64,000 bases of DNA from Lama glama (GCA_028534125.1 CM052816.1:16804001-16868000), one strand, 5' to 3'. Counted from the stretch's first letter, positions 41,474 to 54,789 are shown. Translations and numbers: made by a program. Notes: generated from the sequence alone by a model not told the origin.

Positions 41474-41995
41474 TACTCTTGCGTCTCAGCACTTTTTCAC
41501 CCAGGCTAACTTTTTTGGCTCATCATCTTCAGTTTTGTTGGGGTTCTTAAATATTGATTGTCAGGGTCTTAGGACCCCATAGAGAAACTATGGGATTAGG
41601 TTTTTGGTTTTTTTTTTACCATATAACTGGGAAGAACTGAGCTTGCATTTGCTTTCTCCTACAAGAATTGGTACATGTAAGATGGTCAGGTTGAGAATCT
41701 GGCTGGAGTTAAAACATCTAGGAGAGATGGAACATCGTGCAGTCTGAGGAGAAAAATGTAAATGAGGAAGAGAAGACAGGTTGCTTACCCTGGGGCATTG
41801 TTTCTCCAACTTGAGTGTTCCTAGGACTTATCTGGGCATCTTATTAGAGTGCAAATTTTAATTCAGCAGGTGTGGGGTGAAGCCTAGCATCTGGGATTCT
41901 GCATTTCTAAACAAGCTCCCAGGAGATGTTCATGATGCTGGCCTGCAGACACACTTAAAAGAATAAGAACCTTGTGGTTTCATATTTCCAAACAG

Positions 41996-42148
41996 GCATC
42001 TCTGAACAGAAGCTGCCTGTATCGCTCCTTTTCATTGCCAGACAGTTTGAACAGTCCAAGACTGAAGCAGGTGGTAAAATTCAAGGACAACACAATACTA
42101 GATAAAGTGAAAATGAAGTATTGTTCTAGCCAGAAAGAGCTCGGGAAG
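41996..42148 (+). CDS. CDC25C: CDC25C coding exon (14-3-3 site / NLS region)
   Basis: [51 protein letters not shown]; 153 nt. Confidence 0.93.
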
Positions 42149-42565
42149 GTAAGAATGTTTTAAAGATTAGAATCTTTAATCTTGCATATTACTGTCTTCC
42201 CTGCTTTTGTGACATGGGGATTGCTTTAGTTGTCTTTTGGTCTTCTTCCTCATTACTTTACTTTTATCTCTTCTTTCCATTGTCCTTTTTGTCTTTTCTA
42301 CATCTGCATCCATATATCTAAAATATCTAATAATAAATACACATGTTATATTATAATTTTGGAAGATATTTTGTTGTACTCTCTTCGCAACCTTTTTTAA
42401 GATCTGAGAGAATACAAGGGAACTTTGATTAGTAAGGACATTTATTGCTGCTTTCCATGTATTCTGATAGAAATAACATCATAGAGCACACTGGTTTGGT
42501 GGAAGGCAACTTCTGAAAAACTTAACCCTCATCCCCTATCTCTTCTTTAAAAAAAAGAAATCTAA

Positions 42566-42650
42566 GAGGGAGGGTATAGCTCAGTGGTAGAGTGTATGCC
42601 TAGCATGCACAAGGTCCTGGGTTCAATCCCTAGTACTTCAATTAAAAAAA
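42566..42650 (+). mobile_element. tRNA-derived SINE (short copy)
   Basis: gggtatagctcagtggtagagtgtatgcctagcatgcacaaggtcctgggttcaatccc; flanked by aaaa..aaatcta repeats. Confidence 0.82.
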
Positions 42651-43198
42651 AATCTAGATACATTTGGCTATTTTGTAAAATCAGTATATGATGTAATAGA
42701 AAAATGGAAAATGCAAATAAGCAAAAAGAAGCCATTGCAAAATGCCCATAACCCCTAGGCTATAGATAATTACTGTTAATACTTGATGTATATTCTTTCA
42801 AACATTTTGTAATGCAAATATATTTTTGCTTTTAGTAAAGTGGCATTACAAAGTACATTCTGTCTAACCTACTTAATGATATCATGTCATTTTCATGTCA
42901 ATGGACATACTTATTTCTTAATAGTAATCTATAATGTATGGAATATGATTTGTTTAATCAAGACCTTGTTATTGAACATTTAGTTTATTAGTAATTTTTC
43001 TCTTTTGTAAACGTGCTGGGGTATCCATCCTTATAGCCAAATCTTTGTGCATGTCTTTATTTTCTTAGGAAAACAAATGGAATTATTAGATCAAAGGGCA
43101 TGCATATTTTTAATGAGTCTCCCTCCACTCCGTCCATCCCTGGGTATCTGAATCTTTAACATGAGGATTGGGGGTGGGGGGACTCTTGTTGTCTTTAG

Positions 43199-43300
43199 GG
43201 CTTAGGTTTAAAGAAAATGGCCTCTCTCTGTGACATTAATATGACTCAGATGCTGGAGGAAGATTCTAACCAGGGACCTCTGATTGGTGATTTCTCCAAG
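43199..43300 (+). CDS. CDC25C: CDC25C coding exon
   Basis: [34 protein letters not shown]; 102 nt. Confidence 0.94.
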
Positions 43301-43980
43301 GTGAGTTTGGTTACACACATCCTATATTTCATCCTGTATTTTGGATGTGAATCTTCTCTTTTCTGCTTGCAGAGGACACTAGGTATAATTATGCATCATC
43401 ACTGTGTTCTCATTGATAACCTGAAGATGCTGTAGTGGTAGATCTAGGCCCTAAGCTTTCCAAGTGAGAAAGTAGTCCTTATTCATTCTGGGAAAATCCA
43501 GAGCAGTGGAGAAAGTATGAGGCTTTCTACTTTCTTTTTAAATTATGTAAATAATACTCCATCACTACAGAAAAGATAGAAAATGAAATCTACCCCAAAT
43601 CTTAGCAATCAGTATTATTGCTTTTTTTTTTTTTTATTTTCTTGGTGTGCATTCCTCCAGAATTTTTTTTTTTTGGCTGCCTATTATTTCTTAATAAATC
43701 CCTTCTTGTAGGATATTTACTTTTACAATTTTTCCTTATGAGCTATACCAAGATAGACATATTTGTAGCTAAATCTAAAACTTTGCATATATCCTTAATT
43801 AGTTCCTTAGGATCAGTTCATAGAAATGGAATTGCTGCATATGCACATTATAAAGACCATTGATTTCTGAGGGCATCTGGCGTTTTAAAGGTTGTTTGGA
43901 AAGAAGGACAGTATATGGGTCATGATCTCAAATTTGGGTATAGAAAACTTGCTGTTATTTCAGCTCTTGGGTATTTCTAG

Positions 43981-44043
43981 GTATGTGCACTGCCAACCGT
44001 GTCAGGGAGACACCAAGATCTGAAGTACATCAACCCAGAAACA
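43981..44043 (+). CDS. CDC25C: CDC25C coding exon
   Basis: [21 protein letters not shown]; 63 nt. Confidence 0.94.
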
Positions 44044-45320
44044 GTAAGCAGATTTCTGGAGATGGTAACTGGTTACATAAGCTACCATCTGGTCTATTCT
44101 GTCCCTAAAATCTCCACTTCTATTTGTATTTCTTTCACTGAGTTCACCCACATAGGCTTCTTATTCAACTAGAGCTGTATTAAAGGACTGTCTTTTAGGT
44201 CACCTTTTTAAAAAATTAAACAAATAATATGTAATTATGAAAGAAAGAAGGAAGGAAGGAGAAAGGAAAAAAAGTAAAAATTACCCAATTAGGGTGACCT
44301 TACATCTTGGTTTACACATTACAGTTCCATATATGCCTATTAGTGAAGGGTAATTATTAATAGTATTTTCTTTCACTCTTGAAAGTGTCCCAGTTTGTGC
44401 AATAATTATTTGGTCACTCTACCCATAATCTCACCACCAGGGATAACCACTAGTAATACTTTCCTTATAGACTTCCAGATTTTATTCTGGCATAAGTTGT
44501 CTAAAAATAGGATCATAATTAACATGTAATTTTGCAAATAGTTAGTGAGACATTGTAAACATCTTTCTATACCTGTAAAAAGATATCTATATTACCCTTT
44601 TAATGGCTATATAATATTTTGCTATACTGATAATGTATAATTTATTTAATGAAACCCCTTATATTGAATATTTAAGTTATTTATTATATCTTCATAACCT
44701 AAAACAGTGGTGAGGTGAATATTATTGTGCCCTTTCTTTATGTACTTCTCTGTTTACTTAAGGTGTTAGGAAAGAAATTGCTGAAAGTGTAGTTACGTTT
44801 ATTTTTGTATGTATTGACGACGTTCCCTCCAGAAAGGCTGAACCGAATTACACAATTACAAGCAGCTTAAGTTTCCTTCTGTGGATATCAACCATTTCCT
44901 TCCATATCCCTTTCTGAAAGACTTGCTTTCTTCCTTTTCAGTGGAGGGTGGGGACCCATTTCACATTTCTACTTGTAAATCAGGACCTCTGGCTACTACT
45001 TGTGTCCTTGCAGAAGTCCTCGGGTATCTTCTGAGAGACTGAATGAGCCATGCCTGCCTCCAAATAAGTAGCCTGAATATGGGTTTCCCTGGTATCCTGG
45101 CAATACCAGCTATTTTGGTTCTCCAAAGAGATCATTTCCTATTTTATCCTCTTATGTGGGGTGGGGCTGAACCATTGCCATGTTTCAAATGTAGGGGGAC
45201 TTTGGAGGCTGGGCACACAGTGGAATCCTGGGTAACTAAAGGGAGTCAAATCAGGAAATGTATGACTGGCTCTTCTGTCTCTCAAAAGAGGCAGGGTATT
45301 CAACCATAGTTTCTGTGCAG

Positions 45321-45419
45321 GTGGCTGCCTTACTGTTGGGGAAGTTCCAGGGTCTGATTGAGAAATTTTATGTGATTGATTGCCGCTATCCATATGAGTA
45401 CCTGGGAGGACACATCCAG
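45321..45419 (+). CDS. CDC25C: CDC25C coding exon (rhodanese domain, IDCRYPYEY)
   Basis: [33 protein letters not shown]; 99 nt. Confidence 0.96.
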
Positions 45420-45953
45420 GTAAGATTACTCTGAGGGCTTAGCAGGGGAGGGGCTGGAGAGAACACTTTATTTAGAAGACTCTGGACAAAGGGTCCTGTG
45501 AATGCTAGAACCAGGACAGACATACATTTGGAGCACATCACAGCTGTCAGTCCTCATTCCTGTTCTAATTCTGTATGCCTTGAGTAGTTTACTTTCCCTC
45601 TCCCTCCTAGATCAATCTCCCTCTTTTCTATAGGAGCCAAGAGCTCCTACCTGGAAATAAAAACATTAATCCAAGGGCTGAGTAGCACTTTACAAACATT
45701 TAATACTTACAGACATTCCTCACAGTGATCCCTACACTTCAGGTGGTTTAGTTCAGGAGCATTTACTGAGCACCTACTACATACCAAGCTCTATGTCAGA
45801 CCCTGAGGATAGATACAGGTAGATTTCTGCTCTGAAAGTACTTATAGTCTATCCTTCCTAACCCAAATATCCCGAGATGGTATTCTAGTAATTTCTAAGT
45901 GTTGGCACTGTTCACAGACCCTTAAGGAAATACTTATTAAAATTCTTCTACAG

Positions 45954-46087
45954 GGAGCCATAAACTTGTACAGTCAAGAAGAACTGTATAAGTTCTTTCT
46001 GAAGAAGCCCATTGTCCCTTTGGATAACCAGAAAAGAATAATCATCGTGTTCCACTGTGAATTCTCCTCAGAGAGGGGTCCCCGAAT
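45954..46087 (+). CDS. CDC25C: CDC25C catalytic exon ([11 protein letters not shown]5R)
   Basis: [44 protein letters not shown](M); 134 nt. Confidence 0.97.
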
Positions 46088-46449
46088 GTGAGTGTCTATA
46101 TGGGGTAGGGTGAATGGTAGAAATAGAACTTACAACCAGGGAATCTTCCCAAATCAGTTCAGACAGAGACTGAATGAATGAATGCTTTCCACTGTGGTTT
46201 GAATGTTACCAAGGTGGAAGAAAGGGGTTTCTACAATTCAAAAGTTTGGAGCAGTGAAGTAAAAAGGATTGGTAATTGGGTACCAATGGAAGAAAGCTTC
46301 TTAGACCTTGTTTTGCAAGAATAGTGAGATCTGGATCTCCTTTTTAGCATTAGCAATAGTCTGTTCTTCCTCCCCCTCCCCAGTGAATGGCTCATGGAAT
46401 CCTGACCTTGCTTCTTTCCACCACACCCATCTCTGGGTTTTCTCTAAAG

Positions 46450-46561
46450 GTGCCGCTCTCTGAGAGCAGAGGACAGAGCCCTGAACCGGTACCCTGCACT
46501 GTACTACCCAGAGCTGTATATCCTCAAAGGGGGCTACAGAGACTTCTTTCCAGAATATATG
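46450..46561 (+). CDS. CDC25C: CDC25C coding exon
   Basis: [37 protein letters not shown]; 112 nt. Confidence 0.96.
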
Positions 46562-46761
46562 GTAAAGGACGGGGCATGTGGGGCAATGGGGGAACCCAGA
46601 CTTAGGGGAGCCAACTTTAGCATGCACCTCCCAGGGCCTGCAAAGCCCTCTGAGAAGAAACCGTCCCTCCTTTATTGCCACTACCTCCAGCAGCTCCATT
46701 ATACTTAGCAGGCTGACTTCAGGCATCAAGAGGATCCCTTACTCTGCCCCCTGCCTTTCAG

Positions 46762-46911
46762 GAGCTGTGCGAACCACAGAGCTACTGCCCTATGCATCAC
46801 CAGGACCATAAGGCTGAGCTGCTGAGGTGTCGAAGCCAGAGCAAAGCATGGGAAGGGGAGCGGCATCTGCAGGAGCAGATTGCCTTACTGGTGAAGGACG
46901 TGAGCCCATGA
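46762..46911 (+). CDS. CDC25C: CDC25C last coding exon
   Basis: [49 protein letters not shown]; the 14 exons sum to 1530 nt = 509 aa plus stop. Confidence 0.96.
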   Translation, partial: ELCEPQSYCPMHHQDHKAELLRCRSQSKAWEGERHLQEQIALLVKDVSP

Positions 46912-47307
46912 TATCAGATTAGCTGCTGGTGCCCAGGAATTATCAAAAAACACTGTAGAAACCCTGAGCAGAAAGAGACCATCTTCTATGCAGCTAAACC
47001 CAAGATGTTAAAAGATGTCTGCAAACCAACAGGCTGCCAAACTAGTGAAATCCCAGGCCTGAAGATTGCTAGGTTTCCATAGAGCTACTGGCTGATGGTG
47101 AAGCCCTGGAGCTGGCTCTCTGAGGCTGTAGTCTTGGGGTGCATAGAGATTTGTGTTGCTTCAGGGAGCTGTTGCATTCCTCTTCCTAACTATATGCCGG
47201 ATCCTTCTCTTCCTCTCTTCTGGCTATTCACGAGAGAGTTGCCCATCTTCTTTCTCTATATTTTCCTTCTTTGTTTCCCTCTCTCTCCTTTTTTTTTTAA
47301 ATGGGAA

Positions 47308-47313
47308 AATAAA
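47308..47313 (+). terminator. CDC25C: CDC25C polyadenylation signal AATAAA
   Basis: First AATAAA ~400 nt after the stop, preceded by a U-rich tract. Confidence 0.75.
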
Positions 47314-47844
47314 CATTGCAGAATGAGAAATGTGGTGAGTGCAGTCTGCTTCTAGAAGATCTGTATAAGGAAGTAATCACCAAATTGAACTCCCTTCAGA
47401 CAAACGCGAAGCCATCTCTTTTCATAGCTGAGGCCAAGGGGCTTTTCTCCAGATCATGGTTCTCAAAGTTTGGGCCCTGGTCCATCAAGCATTATCTGAA
47501 CTTGTTTGAAATGCAAAATTTCATGGCCCGCCCCACACCTACTAAATCAGAACATTTGAGGTTAGGGTTTAAAAATCTACCTTTCAGGTGATTCTGATTC
47601 CTGCCAAGCCTTGAGAACCGCTGCTCAGGAATTAAGGAAAACCTTTTAAACTGCATTATTCAGCAATATTCCAGGCTCTTCTTTCCTAGACTGTTCCATG
47701 GTATGAGTTGCTTAAGAATGCGCCCTAGACTCAGCACTCTGGTATCTAGGTTCAGAAAACCAAAATGATCAGCGTTCTCTAAGGTTGGTGATGGGTCTGA
47801 GTTCAGCTCCAAAGTTCCTTGTCTACAGCCTCAGTGGAGTTTTG

Positions 47845-48493
47845 TTTTTTGTTTTTTGTTTTTTGTTTTTTGCTTGTCAGATAACCCTTTGTTAAATCAT
47901 TTTTCTTTGTAGTTCTTAACTCGCTGGGCATTCCACCACACCACTGTTGATGTCATCTATGACATCGTGAGGGTGGCAGCCATCAATATTGCAGCCCACA
48001 GACTGGGCAGTCCCCAGGACCTCTTTAATGGTTCCAGAGAGTTCTCTAGCTAAAGATCAGTGCTGCATCTGTTGGGTAATGTTGACAATCCCATCAAAAG
48101 AGATGTTTCCACTGTTCTTAATGTTTTTCTGCTTCTTTCCATCTCTTGGTTCCTTGAAGGCTTTGATGATCAGGGCAGAGGCAGAAGGTACCACCTCAAT
48201 CTGGGCCTGAATGGTCAGTTTCACTGTCATCCCAGACCCTTCCAATCACCAGTTGCCTTGGCAATGTCATCACCAAACTTTTTTGAAGACAGACCCAGGG
48301 GACTGATCTTGGGGGCCAAGGCAGATGTGGCACTGACTTCCCCACCAGTGCACCTCAGGTGTACGACTTGGATCTCATTGGGGTTGAGCTTAGGTGGCAT
48401 GGTGGAGGCAACTGGCGTCAGATGAACCTGGATTCAGGACGACCAAAGAAAGTTGCTCCTTGACCTCCTCTGAGCCAAAAATCAAAAGACCAG
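47845..48493 (-). pseudogene. RPL12: RPL12 processed pseudogene
   Basis: ATG 48400 [32 protein letters not shown]... to ..VECPAS* at 47916; intronless, with frameshift and deletion; degenerate A tail; TSD ctcagtggagttttg 47830-47844 vs ctcagaggagttttg 48494-48508. Confidence 0.94.
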
Positions 48494-49452
48494 CTCAGAG
48501 GAGTTTTGATCTTTCTCATTTTCCAAAGTTTTTTCTCTCACAAAAACATCTTTAGAATTTAATATGGTTTGAGGTAGAGATTTGTGCTATATGAAGATAG
48601 GAATAAAAGAAAAGTACCAAGCAAAGATCAGTTAGACTTCAGAGAGAGTTTTAAAATTGCATTCTTCAGTATTATCCCAGGCTTTCCTTCCTTAGAGCTC
48701 ATTAGGGTGAATAGGCTTTTATCTGCGTAGTAAGATACAGCCCTACTTGGCCTGGGTGACAGTGGAATTGACTAAACATTGTCATTCTCTGGCATTAACT
48801 TAGTAGTAGTGACAGCTCTGGACCAGAAAAGGACAAAGGGTTCTGAAGCCTAGAACGAGACAGAGTAGAAACAAAAATGACATCTTCCCAGGTTCTACAG
48901 CAGGGAGACTTTTTAAAAGTGAGTGGGAGGGAGGGAAGGAGGACACTAGCCATAGGGCAGCCCACCAGTGTGCCTGAGTGACTCACTGGACTGATTTTCA
49001 CAAGGTTCCCAAGTGCTCTTCTCCAGGAGTGTCACGTGCATGCCTCACAGCAGAGGGCACTGCTGTATTCTCTAAGCCAGCAACCAGAGCCTGCAGCCTC
49101 CACTCCTAGCTTGTCCATCTGTCCAGAGGGAAGCTGCCTCTCTGGCCTTCTCCCTGAGTCCTTGAGGTCAGAGCTCAGAAGGGCTGGGGCGGGGGGGGAG
49201 AGAAATGCTGCTGCTACATTAGGTAGAGATGCTGTTTCTCTTTCCCACTCCACACACTTACCCCCACCAAGCAGCACTCCTAGTTTCCAGAGGAGGAAAC
49301 TGCTTAAAGCACCTCCACTGCCAAGTGTGAGGAGGGGTCCCCACTCACTGCCCACCCTAGTGGGTCATTTCCTAATAATTCTCTCCAGAAAGATAGAACA
49401 AAAGCCCTCTCCTGGGAAGACTGGTGCACATGTGTTCACAGTTCAGTAATCT

Positions 49453-49834
49453 CTTTTTTTGTATATGTATTTTTATTGAAGTACAGTCAGTTTACAATGT
49501 TGTGTCAATTTCTGGTGTACAGACAATGCTTCAGTCATACATGAACATACATATATTCGTTTTCATATTCTTTTTCACCATAAGTTACTACAAGATACTG
49601 AATATAGTTCCCTGTGCTATACAGTATAAACTTGTTGTTTATCTATTTTGTGTATAGTAGTGTGTCGAACTCCCAATTTATCCCTTTCCACCTCCTTCCA
49701 CCCCTGGTAATAATAAGTTTGTTTTCTATGTCTGTGAGTCTGTTTCTGTTTTGTAAATAAGTTCGTTTGTCTTTTTTTTATTTTTTTAAGATTTCACATA
49801 TAAGTGATATGGTATTTTTCTTTCTCTTTTTGAC
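49453..49834 (-). mobile_element. Young L1 3' end
   Basis: Perfect 16-bp TSD cacagttcagtaatct at 49437-49452 and 49835-49850. Confidence 0.88.
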
Positions 49835-50084
49835 CACAGTTCAGTAATCTTAAGTGGAAGTTCGGAGTTACAAAACACAAAACTAGAGCTTAATCAGATA
49901 CCTCTTTTGTGGAAAATTATATTTACCTAAAAGGCAACATTTTCCCATATAATTTTTTGTAATATCTTCCAACTGTATAGGTATAGTGTGATGTGATTCA
50001 TATTATTTTCAAAAACAATAATAGTAGCTAACACTTTTCAGTTGTGTACTGCATGCAAGACTTTATGAACTTTATGAACTAATG

Positions 50085-50155
50085 TATATAATTATATATA
50101 TATACTATATATAAAATTAGTTCATATATATACACACACACACATATATACACAC
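50085..50155. repeat. (TA)n/(CA)n imperfect microsatellite
   Basis: tatataattatatatatatactatatata..atatatatacacacacacacatatatacacac. Confidence 0.8.
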
Positions 50156-50854
50156 TAGTTTTCACAACAGTCCTTTAAGGCAAGTACTCATTATGCATGT
50201 TTTACTGATAAGGAAATTGATGAACAGAGGGACTGAGTAACTTGCTTAAGATCCCACAACTAGTGAATGGTGGAGTTGAGATTTTGAACCCAGGCAATAT
50301 GGCTTCAGAGTCTGTGCCCTTAATGGATTTTGCTGTTACTAAATCCTCATCAATGAACAATGTGTCTTTCTAAGTTGGTACTGTATTAGGTGTTAAATTT
50401 GTAAAAGTCTCAATTATAGGTTCTTGAGAAGTCAGGACCACAGGGTAGCTTGGGTTGGGAAATGAGGCTAAGGGCAGAACTAAGGCCCCAGCCCAGGAAC
50501 ATCCACACAAAGCTATGTAAGGGTTATCACTGCACGGATGGGTGTTCATTCATCATGAAGTCAGGTAATAAAGAATGGAAACCTTTCAATCTGAAAACTG
50601 CTTCTGGTTGCAGTCTCAGCCCCAGGACCTAGCTGACTTCTTCAAGAGGGAAGAAGTATTTCCCTTTCCTTATTAGGCATATAAAGTGGGAGGCATGGAG
50701 GATTTCCTTTCCCTGTTTGGTTCAGGCAAATGTTAGGGAAACACCAATTCCTTTCTATGGTTGTCAGTTCTAAGTAGCACAGATATTTAGATAGGACACA
50801 GTCCTCTGCCCTCAAGAAACTAAGGCATGAAACTGAAAGAAAATTATTCTCTTT

Positions 50855-52257
50855 CCTTAAAAAACTAAAAATAAGCTTACCATATGATCCAGCAATCCCA
50901 TTCCTGGGCATATATCTGGAGGGAACTCTAATTTGAAAAGGTACATGCACCCAAATGTTCATAGCAGTGCAACTTACAATAGCCAAGACATGGGAACAAC
51001 CTAAATGTCCATCAACAGATGACTGGGTAAAGAAATTGTGGTATATTTATACAGTGGAATACTACTCAGCCATAAGAAGAATAAAATTATGCCCTTTGCA
51101 GCAACATAGATGGACATGGAGATTGTCATTCTAAGTGAAGTTAACCAGAAAGAGAAAGAAATATACCACATGGTATCACTTATATGTGGAATCTTAAAAA
51201 AAAAAGACACAAATGAACTTATTTATAAAACAGAAACAGAAAGGGGAACCCTCCTACACTGCTGGTGGGAATGCAGTTTGGTGCAGCCACTGTGGAAAAC
51301 AATATGGAGATTCCTCAAAAGACTAAGAATAGACTTACCGTATGACCCAGGAATCCCACTCCTGGGCATATATCCAGAAGAAACCGTACTTCAGGATGAC
51401 ACATGCACCCCAATGTTCATAGCAGCACTATTTACAATAGCCAAGACATGGAGACAGCCTAAATGTCCATCAATGGATGACTGGATAAAGAAGAGGTGGT
51501 ATATTTATACAATGGAATACTACTCAGCCATAAAAACCGACAACATAATGCCATTTGCAGCAACATGGATGCTCCTGGAGAATGTCATTCTAAGTGACGT
51601 AAGCCAGAAAGAAAGAAAAACGCCATATGAGATTGCTCATATGTGGAATCTAAAACAAACAAACAAACAAACAAACACACAAACAAAGCATAAATACAAA
51701 ACAGAAATAGACTCATAGACATAGAATACAAATTTGTGGTTGCCAGGGGGGTGGAGGGTGGGAAGGGATAGACTGGGATTTCAAAATTGTAGAATAGATA
51801 AACAAGATTATACTGTATAGCACAGGGAACTATATACAAGATCTTATGGTAGCTCATGGAGAAAAAAAGGTGACAATATATATATGTTCATGTATAACTG
51901 AAAAATTGTACTCTACACTGGAATTTGATACAACATTGTAAAATGATTATAAATCATTAAAAAATTAAAAAAAAACAACACAGAAACAGACTCAGAGACA
52001 GAAAACAAACATGGTTACCAGAGGGGAAGCATGTGGGAAGAGATAAGTTGGGAGTTCAAGAAGGGCAGATACTAACTTCTGTATATAAAATAGATAAATA
52101 AGTTTATAATATATAGCACAGGGAACTATATGCAATATCCTATTGTAATCTATAATGAAAAAGAATATGAAAAGGAATATATGTATGACTGAAACATTAT
52201 GCTGTACACCAGAAATTGACACAATATTGTACACTGACTATACTTCAATTAAAAAAA
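50855..52257 (+). mobile_element. Nested L1-in-L1 (outer 50855-51240 plus 51980-52257; inner 51241-51979)
   Basis: Two successive ORF2 C-termini and 3' UTRs; inner TSD acagaaacaga 51230-51240 / 51980-51990; outer TSD aaattattctcttt 50841-50854 / aaataattctcttt 52258-52271. Confidence 0.88.
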
Positions 52258-54789
52258 AAATAATTCTCTTTGTTCCCATCCCTACAAGCACTCTGGCTCA
52301 CTAGTATATTCAGCAAAAGGAAGAACTGTAGCCTCCAGCTGCAAAGCAGCAGGTTGAGTCATGGGGGCTGGCCAAGTTCACAGAATTATTAACTCAAGCA
52401 TACCACCCGGGATGATATTATTTGTGCCAGACACTAAGCTAAACCCTTTACTCAATGTATACTTATTTAATCCTCACAACTGTTATGTGGAGTAGATATG
52501 GTTAGTAATTTTACACATAAACTGAAGCACCAGAAAAATTAAGTGACATGCCCAAGATCACCCAATGTGTATTGGAAATGGCATTTGAACCCAAGCAGTC
52601 TGTAAATCTCGTTCTGTCAACTGTTACTCACTACATTGCTAACATCCTGGATTAGCTAAGGATAGCAGCAAGAATTTAAGCTCAACAGTGAGAGAGGGCT
52701 TGATAGAAGGCAGAAAACCAAGATTACACATGAAAATGGAGTAAAATACAGAGTCTTTGGACCTTTGAGCCCCAGTCAGTGGATTACAGGGCCCTCCCAG
52801 GGCAGAGTTTGTGTTTTAATCATTTTTGCACCTGGCACAAAGCTGGACCCATAATCAGTCTCAAAAAACATTATTGAATTGAATGATGGCTGAGTAACAT
52901 CATCTTTGTAGAAAGGATTGGCTCATTTGTCATTATCCACAAGGTTCCCAACGGCAATGCTGCTTATCTAGCAGGTGTTGGCAGTCACAGAGGACATGGT
53001 TGGTAGGGAGAGAGTGTGCTGGAGGAGCTGTCAATATTAGTCTTGGAGTCATATTTATTTGCATAGGCTTCCTCAACCCTCCCCTAGCCTTGGTTACCAA
53101 TCCTCATTAAAAGCCCAATGATGTCAAGCTCTCCACCTCAGTGCCCAGACAAATATGCTCCAAGCATCTCTTTTACTCTCAGAAAGAGGCTGGCCTTTTA
53201 CAGGTGAAGTTGGGCATTGCTCTCAGCCCATCAGCTTGACTTGTTCCTGCCTTCCTTGTCCATTACTTGGGGACAGTGTTGAGTAGTAACACTGAGTAAA
53301 CACTGTCAGCAAATGCTTTTTCCCAACCTACCCTCCTACCCCAAACTTGATTTGCCTTGGTTGCTGAAGGAGAGGAGAGCAGAGGTAATACTACCTGAGC
53401 ACCCCACATCTTTGTTGATGCATAGGTCTCAGCCCCTTCCTAGCATCCCAACCACCTGAGATTGTTACCTTTTTCTTTATAAATCCCATTTTGAAACTAT
53501 TGCCAGAGTGAAGCAGAAAGTGGGGGCCATCAGCTCCCCAGCCACAGGTTTCCTAACCTTACTGGAGAGGGGGCCTTGGGAAGCATACATAGGAGTAGGG
53601 TGGAGCTGGGGGAAACAGGCCCTGTACAAAAGCTGAGTAGCCAGATGTTCACTTTCACATCTCTCCTGTAAGACTGGCAGGGCAGATATAGATTAAAACC
53701 AAGCACAAACTCCATTTAAAGTGCATTATAGCTCAGGAATCAGCTCCCCCTGGGCAGGAGAAGGGAGGAAAGGGCGCAAGAGGCCACATCAGTCTCCTTC
53801 CTTATCTAGGGCCGCATGTCTCTCTCTTAGCTTTTTGAAGGGTGATTTACACCCCTGGCTGGAATGACTCTCTTTCTGGGCTGATTACATCGGTAAATGC
53901 CCCCCAGAGGCCACAGCAGGATGGCCATATTCAGAAGCAGCAGCCAGTAAATCTCAGAGGTTTATATTGCACTTCTCAGTACCCTCCCTCCTGGCCCTCT
54001 GCCAGGTGGTCTGTGGACGTAGAGGAGGGCTTGGTTGGAGGGTTAGGGGAAGAAATCTTTTACTTCCTTTTATTATCTTCTGCTCTCTGTAAGTACTGCT
54101 TAGTTCTCATTCTTCCAAGTCATTCTGCCTGTCTTTATCTTGGGAGCAGGTGGGAGTCAGCTCCAGGTCCAACAATTACCCTTACCTTTATGGGTAGAAA
54201 TCCTGGGTTTCTCCTATCTGTTTAATCCTGGTAGAGTAGCTTGCTCTCTAATGCATCATCTGAAGATGATGAGGCTCCTAAATGGCTTCTCCAGCCACCT
54301 TCCTCATTGATCTTGTCTTTTGTCCTGGGAAATCTCCGTAATTTAGTCTGAGAGAAGTTTAATCCTTGGATCATCCTTCATGATACTGACGGGGCTGAAT
54401 TTTGAGAGGAGTCTGGTCTGGCAAAGGTCCTGGGATCTAGTTTCAGGTCTGCTCCCAGCAAAGCCATTTCACCTCTCTGGGGCCCATCCTTGCAGAATCT
54501 TGGGGTTAATGACAACCGAACCTCACCCTTGAAGATACTTATGAGGGGAAATGAAATCATAGATGGGCAAATATAAGAGAAAAAAATACTAGAAACGCAA
54601 GTGCCTTGTACGTATAACTTGGACATACGTATTTATTACAAGATTTCATTGGGGTGATTCCTTAGTGGCAGTGGGGAGAGGGTTCCGGAAAGTGAGACAA
54701 GATGATTTTTTAGGTAAATAGCTGGACCCTGGAGATGGCGAATCTCCAGCAGTAGCTTCCACAGTGTCTTGAATAGAAAGCCTCCTCAA

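Noticed and set aside
42566..42640. tRNA-like sequence
   Set aside because: Mismatched stems, A tail, flanking repeats and multiple diverged copies indicate a SINE, not a tRNA gene
51110..51718. 202-aa ORF as a host gene
   Set aside because: L1 ORF2p C-terminal fragments fused by nested insertion
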